Positions 1 through 7,874 of a stretch of DNA of 64,000 bases are shown piece by piece. The stretch is taken from assembly GCA_938075305.1 (NCBI GenBank), contig CALJGV010000005.1, positions 39,390 through 103,389 on the forward strand, written 5' to 3'. Position 1 is the stretch's first letter, and every line of letters begins with the position of its first letter. This DNA is from an uncultured bacterium (GTDB taxonomy: Bacteria > Planctomycetota > UBA1135 > GCA-002686595). The notes beneath the pieces are model-generated. The model searched no databases, was not told the DNA's origin, and saw only the letters and a program-made list of their open reading frames with translations. The position numbers and the translations under genes are program-made.

Positions 1-482
1 TCCTCCCCCAGGGTCAACCCGTCGAGGTCCACCCCGCGCCGCAGGGCGTTGCGCACCGAGCCCGTAGCGTCGATCAGCGACGCGGGGTCGCCGAAGGTCC
101 AGGCCCGCGTCTCGGGCAGCCGCTCGTGCCCCGTGCCCTGGGCCTGGGTGCGGTGGTCCCCCGCGGCGTCCTTCGTGAGCCCGCTGAAGATCCGCTCCAG
201 GGACTCCTGCCTCAGCGCCCGGTCTCCGCCCGGCGCCATGCGGAGCCCCTCAACCGTCGCCTCCACCCAGCGCTGCTTCTCCAGGTGGCGCCGGAAGTCC
301 TCCATGGTGAAGCCGTCCGGGAGGAGCGGGTACCTCGCCGCGATCGTCTCCATCCACTCGAGCGCCTGCTCCGGGTCCCCGTCGGCCTGCAGGAGCAGAT
401 CGTTGTAGAGCGCCTCCAGGCGCTTCAGGAGGTCCCGGAGGGAGCCCTCCGACGGATCGAATTCCCGGTAGCTGAACTTCAT
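1..482 (-). CDS. vWA-domain protein partnering the adjacent AAA+ ATPase (5' part only; runs off the window start)
   Basis: Not in the ORF track. ATG at 482 reads MKFSYREFDPSEGSLRDLLKRLEALYNDLLLQADGDPEQALEW...GHERLPETRAWTFGD and stays open to position 1. This N-terminus resembles vWA proteins that follow Mg-chelatase-like ATPases. The vWA domain itself lies outside the window. Confidence 0.7.
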   Translation of the reverse strand, partial: MKFSYREFDPSEGSLRDLLKRLEALYNDLLLQADGDPEQALEWMETIAARYPLLPDGFTMEDFRRHLEKQRWVEATVEGLRMAPGGDRALRQESLERIFSGLTKDAAGDHRTQAQGTGHERLPETRAWTFGDPASLIDATGSVRNALRRGVDLDGLTLGE

Positions 483-494
483 GGTCGCGGCGGG

Positions 495-1973
495 TCAGGC
501 ACCCAGGCTGCGCGCCATCTGCGCGAGCATGTCCCCGTACTGCCGTCTGTTGGGCCCGTCGTCGTCCCTGGACAGGAGCGACCCCTGGTGCAGGCCCTCG
601 AGCACGAGCTCCATCAGCGCCCCCAGCTCCCCGTCGTTCGCCGGGCTCGCGGTCCGCTCCACCAGCTCCCGTAGCCCTGTGACCTCGCCCAGGCGCGCCA
701 GGTGCACCGCGTCCCCGGCGGTGTCATCCAGGTCCAAGGTGCCCCCCGAGCGGAACCAGCCCAGGATCGAGTCGTACACCGGGGCGCTGGTGCCTGCGTC
801 CCCCTCGTCCTCCGCGTAGCCGTCGGGGAAGACCCGGGTAAAGGCCTCACCCAGCGCCTTACCCACGAGCGCCGCCGCGACGGCGCCGATGCCCTCACGC
901 TCCCCGTCGTAGACGAGTTCGACCTTCCCCGTCACCGCCGAGATGGCGGTGAACAGGTCCGCGGGCCGGGCGGTGGCCGCGGCCTCACCGGCGCAAAGGC
1001 CCCGCCGCTCGGCGTTGGAGATCACGTTCTCCAGCATGGCGATGGAGAGCCGCGCGCTCACGCCGCTGGCCTGGTCCACGAACTCCGAGGCCCGCGCCTC
1101 GAAGGCCACGAGCTCGATGGCCTCCCGGAGCGCCGTCGGGACCTGCACCTCGACGGCCCCCTCCCCGCGGTCCCGCCAGGCCTCCTGGTCGGTGATGGCC
1201 ATGGCCTGCTCCAGCTCCTTGGGATAGTGGGTCAGGATCTGCGAGGCAATGCGGTCCCGGAGGGGCGTGATGATGCTCCCGCGGTTGGTGTAGTCCTCCG
1301 GGTTGGCGGTGAACACCAGCCCGAGGTCGAGGGGCATCCGGATCGGGAAGCCCCGCACCTGGATGTCTCCCTCCTCGAGGATGTTCAGGAGCCCCACCTG
1401 GATCCTCGCCTGAAGGTCCGGGAGCTCGTTGACGCAGAAGATCCCGCGGTTCGCGCGCGGGAGGATGCCGAAGTGGATGACCTCGGGGTCCGCGAAGGTG
1501 AGCTTGCGGGTCGCCGCCTTGATCGGATCCACGTCGCCGATCAGGTCCGCCACGGTCACGTCCGGCGTCGCCAGCTTCTCCTGGTACCGCTCGGAGCGGT
1601 GCATCCACCGGATGGGCAGGTCATCCCCCAGCTCCTCGGCCCGCCGGATGGACGGCACTGTGACCGGAGCCATGGGGTCCTCGTTGAGCTCCGAGCCCTC
1701 GATCGCGGGGACCCACTCGTCCAGGAGGTCCGAGAGCGCCCGCGCGATCCGGGTCTTCGCCTGCCCCCGGAGGCCCAGGAGGATGAAGCTGTGCCCGGAG
1801 AGCACGGCGTTCTGGATCTGGGGGATCACCGAGTCCTCGTAGCCGACGATCCCGTGGAAGACCTCTTCCTTGGAACGGAGCCGCTGGATGAGGTTGGCGC
1901 GGAGTTCGTCGCGGACCGAGCGGGAGGTCCAGCCGCTGGCCTTGAGCTCACCGAGTGTCTTGGGGCGTTGCAT
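495..1973 (-). CDS. Mg-chelatase subunit I-like / MoxR-related AAA+ ATPase
   Basis: Walker A variant GLRGQAKT, EKLATPD, RANRGIFCVNELPDL, FTANPEDYTNRGSIITPLRDR. Start moved to MQRPKTLGELK (1973), which has TATCTT 6 nt upstream. Confidence 0.88.
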   Translation of the reverse strand: MQRPKTLGELKASGWTSRSVRDELRANLIQRLRSKEEVFHGIVGYEDSVIPQIQNAVLSGHSFILLGLRGQAKTRIARALSDLLDEWVPAIEGSELNEDPMAPVTVPSIRRAEELGDDLPIRWMHRSERYQEKLATPDVTVADLIGDVDPIKAATRKLTFADPEVIHFGILPRANRGIFCVNELPDLQARIQVGLLNILEEGDIQVRGFPIRMPLDLGLVFTANPEDYTNRGSIITPLRDRIASQILTHYPKELEQAMAITDQEAWRDRGEGAVEVQVPTALREAIELVAFEARASEFVDQASGVSARLSIAMLENVISNAERRGLCAGEAAATARPADLFTAISAVTGKVELVYDGEREGIGAVAAALVGKALGEAFTRVFPDGYAEDEGDAGTSAPVYDSILGWFRSGGTLDLDDTAGDAVHLARLGEVTGLRELVERTASPANDGELGALMELVLEGLHQGSLLSRDDDGPNRRQYGDMLAQMARSLGA

Positions 1974-2047
1974 GAACTGAAGATAGGTCGAGGCGGACCC
2001 AAAGAGCACCTGGGACCCGGCAGGAGAATGGGTGATAATCTGCGGCC

Positions 2048-3073
2048 ATGCCCGCCGCCCTCGACCTCCACCACCGGCCGCTCCGCAACCTGCGGCTCTC
2101 GGTCACGGACCGATGCAACCTGCGGTGCGGGTACTGCATGCCGGAGGAGCGCTACGAGTGGCTCCAGCGCGCCGACCTCCTGACCTTCGAGGAATCCAGC
2201 GCCCTGGTGGCCGAGTTGATCCCGCACGGGGTGGAGAAAGTCCGCCTGACCGGCGGCGAACCGCTCCTGCGGCGTGACATCGATCAGCTGGTCCGGAGCC
2301 TCCGGGCCCACGCGGGCCTGCGGGAGCTCGCGCTGACCACCAACGGCCTGCGCCTGCCCGAGCATGCTCAGGAGCTCCGCGAGGCGGGCCTCGACCGACT
2401 CACCGTCAGCCTCGACACCCTGCGCGCCGACCGCTTCAGGGAGCTGACGCGACGCGACGAGCTGGCGGGCGCCCTGCGGGGTCTGGACGCGGCGGCCTCG
2501 GCGGGCTTCACGGGCACCAAGCTCAACGTCGTCGTCATGCGCGGCACCAACGACGACGAGCTGCTCGACATGCTCGCCTTCGGCCGCGAGCGGGGGCTGG
2601 AGGTGCGGTTCATCGAGTACATGGACGTGGGCGGCGCCACCCGCTGGGACATGAGCCGGGTCGTCTCCGCCTCGGAGATCCTCGAACGCGTCGGGGCGGC
2701 TCGCGGCGGCGTGACCCCGGAGGACGTGGCGCGGACCGCGGCGCCCGCGGACCGCTATCGAACGGCGGACGGCCAACGCTTCGGGGTCATCGCGTCCACG
2801 ACTCGCCCCTTCTGCGGCAGCTGCGACCGTGCCAGGCTCACCGCCGACGGTCAGTTCATCACCTGCCTCTACGCGCGGAGGGGGACCCCCATCGCGAAGG
2901 TGCTACGCGCCCGCGGTTCGCGCGCCGCCGCCGAGAAGATCGTCGACCTCTGGACCGGCCGGAGCGACCGGGGCGCAGAGGAACGGGCTGGGCTCACCAC
3001 CCGTGAGGCCCTGCTTCAGCCGGGAGAGCTCCAGCAGGAGCCCCACCTGGAGATGCACACGCGAGGCGGCTGA
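2048..3073 (+). CDS. moaA: GTP 3',8-cyclase MoaA (radical SAM, molybdenum cofactor biosynthesis)
   Basis: LRLSVTDRCNLRCGYC, LTGGEPLLR, RFIEYMD, second cluster FCGSCDRARLTADG..C, C-terminal GG. Confidence 0.96.
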   Translation: MPAALDLHHRPLRNLRLSVTDRCNLRCGYCMPEERYEWLQRADLLTFEESSALVAELIPHGVEKVRLTGGEPLLRRDIDQLVRSLRAHAGLRELALTTNGLRLPEHAQELREAGLDRLTVSLDTLRADRFRELTRRDELAGALRGLDAAASAGFTGTKLNVVVMRGTNDDELLDMLAFGRERGLEVRFIEYMDVGGATRWDMSRVVSASEILERVGAARGGVTPEDVARTAAPADRYRTADGQRFGVIASTTRPFCGSCDRARLTADGQFITCLYARRGTPIAKVLRARGSRAAAEKIVDLWTGRSDRGAEERAGLTTREALLQPGELQQEPHLEMHTRGG

Positions 3074-3107
3074 GGTCCGCCCCGAAGCATCCGGCCCGAA
3101 GACCCGC

Positions 3108-3914
3108 CTAGTCGATCCGGATGCCCGCGCGATAGGTCCCTGTGCGAAGGGTCGGACGACCGAGGTCATCGAAGAACTCCCACAGGCCCTCCCGGAGCCC
3201 CGCCTCGTACCTGCCGCGCTCCTTGATGGAGCCGTCCGAATAGCGCCGGACCCAGCGGCCGTGCGGCGACGACGCCTCGAAGCTGCCCTCCTCGATCAAC
3301 GCGCCCTCCTGGCTGAAGCGACGCCAGAGCCCCTCCTGGGCTCCTTCGACGAACTCCGCCAGCTGAATCATCTGCCCGTTCCTGGCGTAATGGCGCCAGG
3401 GACCATCCCGGCGGCCCTCCCGGTAGGAGCCAACCTCCTGAACGTAGCCCAGGTGATCGTAGAAGGTCCACTCTCCGTGACGGGACCCGAGGTGGAAGGG
3501 ACCCTCGGCACGAAGCCCCTCCAGGCCCGGCGGCCCGGCTTCCGGGTCGAGCGCAGGGGTGTGCACCTCCGGTCCATCGGGGTCGGGGAGGGGGCCTACC
3601 TCCGCTCCGCCCCCCGATGAAGGGCCGGCGTCGATGGCGACCTGACGGGCCTGGCCCCGGGGACCGGTGATCGAGGCGAGGCGCTCCCCCCCCGGCGCCG
3701 TCTCCTCCAAGGCCCGCTCTGCCTGGGGCGCCTCCGCATCCACCGCCGCCAGCTCCACCTCCGCCGACGCAGAGGCCACCCCGCCCTGGAGACCGGCGCC
3801 GCTGCGGCCCAGCAAGAGCACGGCCCCCGCGAGGGTCAGCACCGTTGCGAAGGGTAGCCCCTTGAGCGGGGCACCGCCGCGGGGCGGTTGTTGCGAAGGA
3901 TGGAGCCGGAACAT
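3108..3914 (-). CDS. Membrane-anchored MORN-variant (YwqK-like) repeat protein
   Basis: N-terminal hydrophobic segment, then repeats such as EGPFHLGSRHGEWTFY, GSYREGRRDGPWRHY, GRYEAGLREGLWEFF. Confidence 0.82.
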   Translation of the reverse strand: MFRLHPSQQPPRGGAPLKGLPFATVLTLAGAVLLLGRSGAGLQGGVASASAEVELAAVDAEAPQAERALEETAPGGERLASITGPRGQARQVAIDAGPSSGGGAEVGPLPDPDGPEVHTPALDPEAGPPGLEGLRAEGPFHLGSRHGEWTFYDHLGYVQEVGSYREGRRDGPWRHYARNGQMIQLAEFVEGAQEGLWRRFSQEGALIEEGSFEASSPHGRWVRRYSDGSIKERGRYEAGLREGLWEFFDDLGRPTLRTGTYRAGIRID

Positions 3915-3943
3915 GGAAAAGGCGGGCCGGGAAGCGAGCCGCT

Positions 3944-5059
3944 TCAGCGAGTACGAGTTCCTTCGAGAATCAGTTCACGCTGCCGGGTTCGCTCCTCAGC
4001 GATCAGCGTCCTGACCAGGGTCTGGGTCTCCCCGGGAGGGAGGTCCCGACCGCGGATTCGCCCCCGCGCGTCGACCACAAAGAGGCTGCCAGGGGGCGGA
4101 CTGCCCCACCGGTTCAAGAGGCGCTGCTTGGGACCGGGGTCCGAGGTACCTCCGAACGCGCCGAACCCACTCCAAGAACCTTCATCGAGCGCATCTGCGA
4201 GCGCGCTACTGATGGGTCCGTCGAACAACTGCACTCCACCGAAGCGCGCGCTCTCGATCAAGCGCAGGTAGGCCTCGCGGTCCTCGCTCCGCGTCACACC
4301 GAGCAAGTCGAACGGTGCATCCCAGAAGTCGCGCACGAGCCCGCTGTCGGCCCGATGGGCGACGAGCGAGGCCGGGCTCGAAGGGTCCCAGAAGCGGAGC
4401 ACCAATACCTCTCCTTCCAGCTGCGCCGACCGGAGCTCGTTCCCGGCGGTGTCGCGCGCGACGAAACGGGGCATGGCGGCTCCGACCCGTAGCCGCGCGA
4501 GGCGGAGCCTTGATCGGCGCATGAACTGGGGCACCTCACCGGTGGCGGCGTCGGTCACCGCCAGGGCCACGCTCTCGTAGAGCTCGACCGCCCTTCGGGA
4601 CAGGGGCGTCTCCCTCCCCTCGGTGGTCGCCTGGGCCACGAGGGGCTCGAGGAGTGCGACCTGAGCTCCGAGCAGCAGCCTCCGCTGCGCGGCGGAGAGC
4701 TCCGCAGACAACAGGCCGTCGCAGGCGCGCACGAGGTCCAGGCGCTGAACGGCGGTCGCCCCGATGGCGAGGTCCCCGAGGAGCCTGGCCCACCCCTGGG
4801 CGTCAGGCTGACCTCCCGACGACGCCCCTGACGGGTCCACGAGCAGCAGCTCCAGCAGCGACTCGACGCTGGCCCAGGGAACCTCCGAGCCCGGTCGCTG
4901 TCGGGCACAACTCAGCCGCTGTAGCTCCCGGTAGGCCCACGTCGCTCCGGACTGCAACCCCGCGGTGCTGGTCGCCGCCTGCGCTCCGCCAGGGGCGGTC
5001 GGGAGGGCCACCACCGCCTGGGGCAGCGCGAGGGTCAGTGCGGTGAGGACTCCGATCAT
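3944..5059 (-). CDS. Secreted TlpA/ResA-like thioredoxin-fold protein lacking CxxC
   Basis: Signal peptide MIGVLTALTLALPQA. C-terminal TlpA-like motifs VGAAMPRFVARDTAGNELR, GEVLVLRFWDPSSPAS, LFVVDARGRIR. Confidence 0.65.
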   Translation of the reverse strand: MIGVLTALTLALPQAVVALPTAPGGAQAATSTAGLQSGATWAYRELQRLSCARQRPGSEVPWASVESLLELLLVDPSGASSGGQPDAQGWARLLGDLAIGATAVQRLDLVRACDGLLSAELSAAQRRLLLGAQVALLEPLVAQATTEGRETPLSRRAVELYESVALAVTDAATGEVPQFMRRSRLRLARLRVGAAMPRFVARDTAGNELRSAQLEGEVLVLRFWDPSSPASLVAHRADSGLVRDFWDAPFDLLGVTRSEDREAYLRLIESARFGGVQLFDGPISSALADALDEGSWSGFGAFGGTSDPGPKQRLLNRWGSPPPGSLFVVDARGRIRGRDLPPGETQTLVRTLIAEERTRQRELILEGTRTR

Positions 5060-5234
5060 GGACAGCTCGGCGCTCGGTCGCTCCAGGTCAGCGGAAGGGA
5101 ATGCAGGACGTTCAACGTGAACAACCTCCGTGCACTCCCGAGGTTGCCATCTACGTTCAGGATTTGGAGCCCAACTCTCCCAATCCCCCGCCCGTGCATC
5201 GTGGCGGGCCATGGGACCGACACCGAAAAGTACA

Positions 5235-5270
5235 GACGCCCCCCCCGGCGAAGATACCGGGGGGGGCGTC
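5235..5270 (-). terminator. Intrinsic terminator of the 5323-6699 gene
   Basis: Perfect 14-bp stem GACGCCCCCCCCGG / CCGGGGGGGGCGTC with an 8-nt loop, followed on the minus strand by TGTACTTTTC. A second imperfect hairpin lies at ~5283-5310. Confidence 0.8.
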
Positions 5271-5322
5271 CGAAGTTGGCCAGGAAGCCTCAGGCGAAGC
5301 CCGAGGTTCCAAGGTCAGCGGC

Positions 5323-6699
5323 TCACTGCCAGACGATCGTGATGCCGTCCGAGAAGTTGGACGTCACCGTCGGGTTGGCGTCACGGTGCCAGGCCTGGAA
5401 GTTGGCGGTGTTGCCAGCAACGGCGGCGGAGCTACCGGTCGGGCCCGGGAGGGCGCTGAGGTCCCACTCGCCGGAGGTGGTGCTGAGAGTGATCTCGGTA
5501 CCGGCACCGCTCGACTTGACCTGACCCGCGCCGACGAAGCGCCCGATGGCGCCGCCGAGGCAGAGGTCGCCCTGGCTACCGCCGGGGTTGGGCACGCTGC
5601 CCTGGGTCGGGGAGTAGAGGAAGAAGCCGAAGGTGTTGTTCGGCAGGTTGCCGGCGGAAAGCGTCAGGTCGTTCGCGGCGGCAGAGGCGCTACCGAGAAG
5701 GGACATGGACGTGTTGGAGCCGGTCGAGTTCGGGTTGGACGTGCAGTAGATGGTGCCGATCGTCGGGGTCCCGCAGGAACCCGCCTCGGCCGACATTTGC
5801 ATGTACCAAGAGGCGTAGGGGTTCGAGGGACCACCGCAACCGTTGTTGTTGCCGTATCCGCCGAAGAAGTAGCAGCCGCTGGACGCCGCGGTCGGGTCCT
5901 CGAGCCACCAGAAGTCGCGGGTGAGGTAACCCGTGCCCAGGCTGTTGCACGCGCTCACAGCACCGTAGTAGGTGTTGGAGCCGTCAAGCGGAAGGCCACC
6001 GGCGATGTAGGTCGGGTCGGTCGCAACCGGGTCACCGACGAGAAGCGGGCCAGCGGAGGCCGTGCCGGTACCGGCGTACGTGAAGCTCCAACCGAAGCTG
6101 TCGAAGTCGGGGTCGTTGTCCCAGCCGGGGGCAAGGGCACCACCGTCGGCGCCGAGGCAGAACTCGTTACCGGCGAGGTCGATGTCAACGAGCCAGCAGC
6201 CGCCGTTGGCGGGGAGGCCGGTCACCGTCCGGGAGGCGTCCGGAGAGGTGTTGATGGTGCAGGGGTCGTACGACTCGTAGAAGTTGAACGTCCAACCGCT
6301 GACGCCGGGGCCGCTGAGGTCGCAGTAAGAGAACTCGAGGAAGTTGATCTTGTACTCGTCACGGTTCGGACCCGCGCCAGTGAACGGGTTGCCGTTCGTG
6401 GTGCCCGGGAGGCCGCCCTCGTCGAAGTTCTCGGAACCGGCCGCGAAGCCACCGTTACCGCCGGCGGTCGAGAAGTAACCGGACGTTGCGGTGTTGCTGT
6501 AGACGATGTCGGACGCGCCGAAGTTAGAGACGGCGCCGCCGCCCGTTCGGGTCCAGGTGCCTGTAGCGACGTGATAGATACCAGCGTGCTTGACCGCGCC
6601 AGGAACCTTGTGAATGCCGTTGAGTTGCTGCGGGGTCTGAGCAGACGCGCTGACCATGAGCGCGAACGAACTGGCAGCGATGAGAGAAGAGCGAAGCAT
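5323..6699 (-). CDS. Secreted Gly/Ser/Thr/Cys-rich protein with a conserved C-terminal beta module; candidate abundant surface protein
   Basis: GGAGA SD before MLRSSLIAASSFALMVSASAQ (signal peptide). N-terminal VKHAGIYHVATGTWTR. C-terminus YCTSNPNSTG...LCLGGAIGRF...FQAWHRD...SNFSDGITIVWQ. Confidence 0.85.
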   Translation of the reverse strand: MLRSSLIAASSFALMVSASAQTPQQLNGIHKVPGAVKHAGIYHVATGTWTRTGGGAVSNFGASDIVYSNTATSGYFSTAGGNGGFAAGSENFDEGGLPGTTNGNPFTGAGPNRDEYKINFLEFSYCDLSGPGVSGWTFNFYESYDPCTINTSPDASRTVTGLPANGGCWLVDIDLAGNEFCLGADGGALAPGWDNDPDFDSFGWSFTYAGTGTASAGPLLVGDPVATDPTYIAGGLPLDGSNTYYGAVSACNSLGTGYLTRDFWWLEDPTAASSGCYFFGGYGNNNGCGGPSNPYASWYMQMSAEAGSCGTPTIGTIYCTSNPNSTGSNTSMSLLGSASAAANDLTLSAGNLPNNTFGFFLYSPTQGSVPNPGGSQGDLCLGGAIGRFVGAGQVKSSGAGTEITLSTTSGEWDLSALPGPTGSSAAVAGNTANFQAWHRDANPTVTSNFSDGITIVWQ

Positions 6700-6842
6700 C
6701 AGAGAGGAATCTCCAGAAGGGATGAAAGAAGGATGTGGGACTGTGCAGATGGACAACCCCACCAGAGTGACGTGGCCAGGCCGGACACTAAGTGGCGCGG
6801 CGCAGCAGCGCTCCATCAGGAAGGAATAGTCGCTGAGAGGGG

Positions 6843-6870
6843 TGGACGGAGCCGCTCTACGAGAGGTTCC
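6843..6870 (-). promoter_or_regulatory. Candidate ECF-sigma promoter (GGAAC-N17-CGTCCA) upstream of the 5323-6699 gene
   Basis: Minus strand reads GGAAC ctctcgtagagcggctc CGTCCA, which resembles the AAC/CGT ECF promoter pattern. Confidence 0.35.
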
Positions 6871-7009
6871 GATCACCGTCCAATTGACGCTACCTCGTAG
6901 CTTCCGTCCATGCGAGGGTCTTCTTGCGGCGAGACACTCTCGCCTGTTTCATCGGGAGACAAGAGGTCGAGGGAGCCTCGCCGCAGAGGCACGCCGGAGC
7001 CTCGCCGCC

Positions 7010-7789
7010 TCAACTTCGGACGGCGCGCCTCGGAATGAACGCGCTCGTGGTGCGGATGTACTCGGCATATTCCGGCCGCCGCTCGGTAATGGTCTCCTCG
7101 GTCAGGCTCACCCCGGAGACCCGCAGGAGCATGAACAGGATCAGCGCGAATCCGATCAGCCCCCACCAGGCGCCCGAAGCGACAGAGGTGAGGGTAATCC
7201 CCATCCAGAACACGGCCTCCCCGAAGTAATTCGGGTGCCGCGAGGTCGCCCACAGCCCGGACCGCATCACCTTGCCCCGATTGGATGGCTCCGCCTTGAA
7301 GCGCGCGAGCTGCCCATCAGCGACGGCCTCGTAAGCGAAGCCGGTGAGCGCGATCACGAATCCAAGCAGGAAGAGCGGGGAGAGCGCCACGCGGCCCGCC
7401 ATGCTGGCCATGAGCGGCAGCGCGACGATCCACGCCAGGATGGCCTGCAGCAGGAACACGACGAAGTAGCTCTGCCACCACCAGGCAGCACCCCGAGCCT
7501 CGCGCATCGCCTGATATCGCCGATCCGCGCCCTCGGCTCGATGACGGGCGCGCAGGTGCATGGCCAGGCGAAGGGCCCACGCGGAGGCCAAGAGCGCCAC
7601 GAGCAGGCGACCCCCTCTCAGCGGGGCCCCAGCCGCCAGCGCGTGGAGCCCCCCCACCAGGACGATCGCCACGCCCCAGAAGGGGTCGATGATGCTGGCG
7701 TCCTCATCACGCAGGTGGGTGGCCCAGACGCAGGTCATGAGGAGGCACACGCCGAGGAGCGCGATCATTGCGGGTTCGAGGAAGAACAT
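7010..7789 (-). CDS. DUF1295 / steroid 5-alpha-reductase-like membrane protein
   Basis: DASIIDPFWG, WALRLAMHL, DRRY, EAVADGQL, GLWATSRHPNYFGE; multiple TM helices. Start placed at MFFLEP. Confidence 0.9.
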   Translation of the reverse strand: MFFLEPAMIALLGVCLLMTCVWATHLRDEDASIIDPFWGVAIVLVGGLHALAAGAPLRGGRLLVALLASAWALRLAMHLRARHRAEGADRRYQAMREARGAAWWWQSYFVVFLLQAILAWIVALPLMASMAGRVALSPLFLLGFVIALTGFAYEAVADGQLARFKAEPSNRGKVMRSGLWATSRHPNYFGEAVFWMGITLTSVASGAWWGLIGFALILFMLLRVSGVSLTEETITERRPEYAEYIRTTSAFIPRRAVRS

Positions 7790-7874
7790 CGGATTGCGGT
7801 GTTGGGCTGTGCCAGCGAGGAGGCCGGCGAGCGCCTCCTCCGAGGATTCGCGCCGAGTCGGTATCCTGACACAC

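Noticed and set aside
3108-3914. YwqK-type toxin-antitoxin or polymorphic toxin immunity locus
   Set aside because: No toxin, Rhs or LXG gene adjoins any of the three MORN genes; the label reflects repeat similarity only.
5270-5281. 12-mer CCGAAGTTGGCC duplicated at 41284-41295, both copies intergenic
   Set aside because: Only two copies with no shared flanking structure; compatible with chance, so not called a REP element.
7799-7814. TGGCACAG on the minus strand upstream of the DUF1295 gene as a sigma-54 promoter
   Set aside because: Good -24 element, but no GC at the -12 position.
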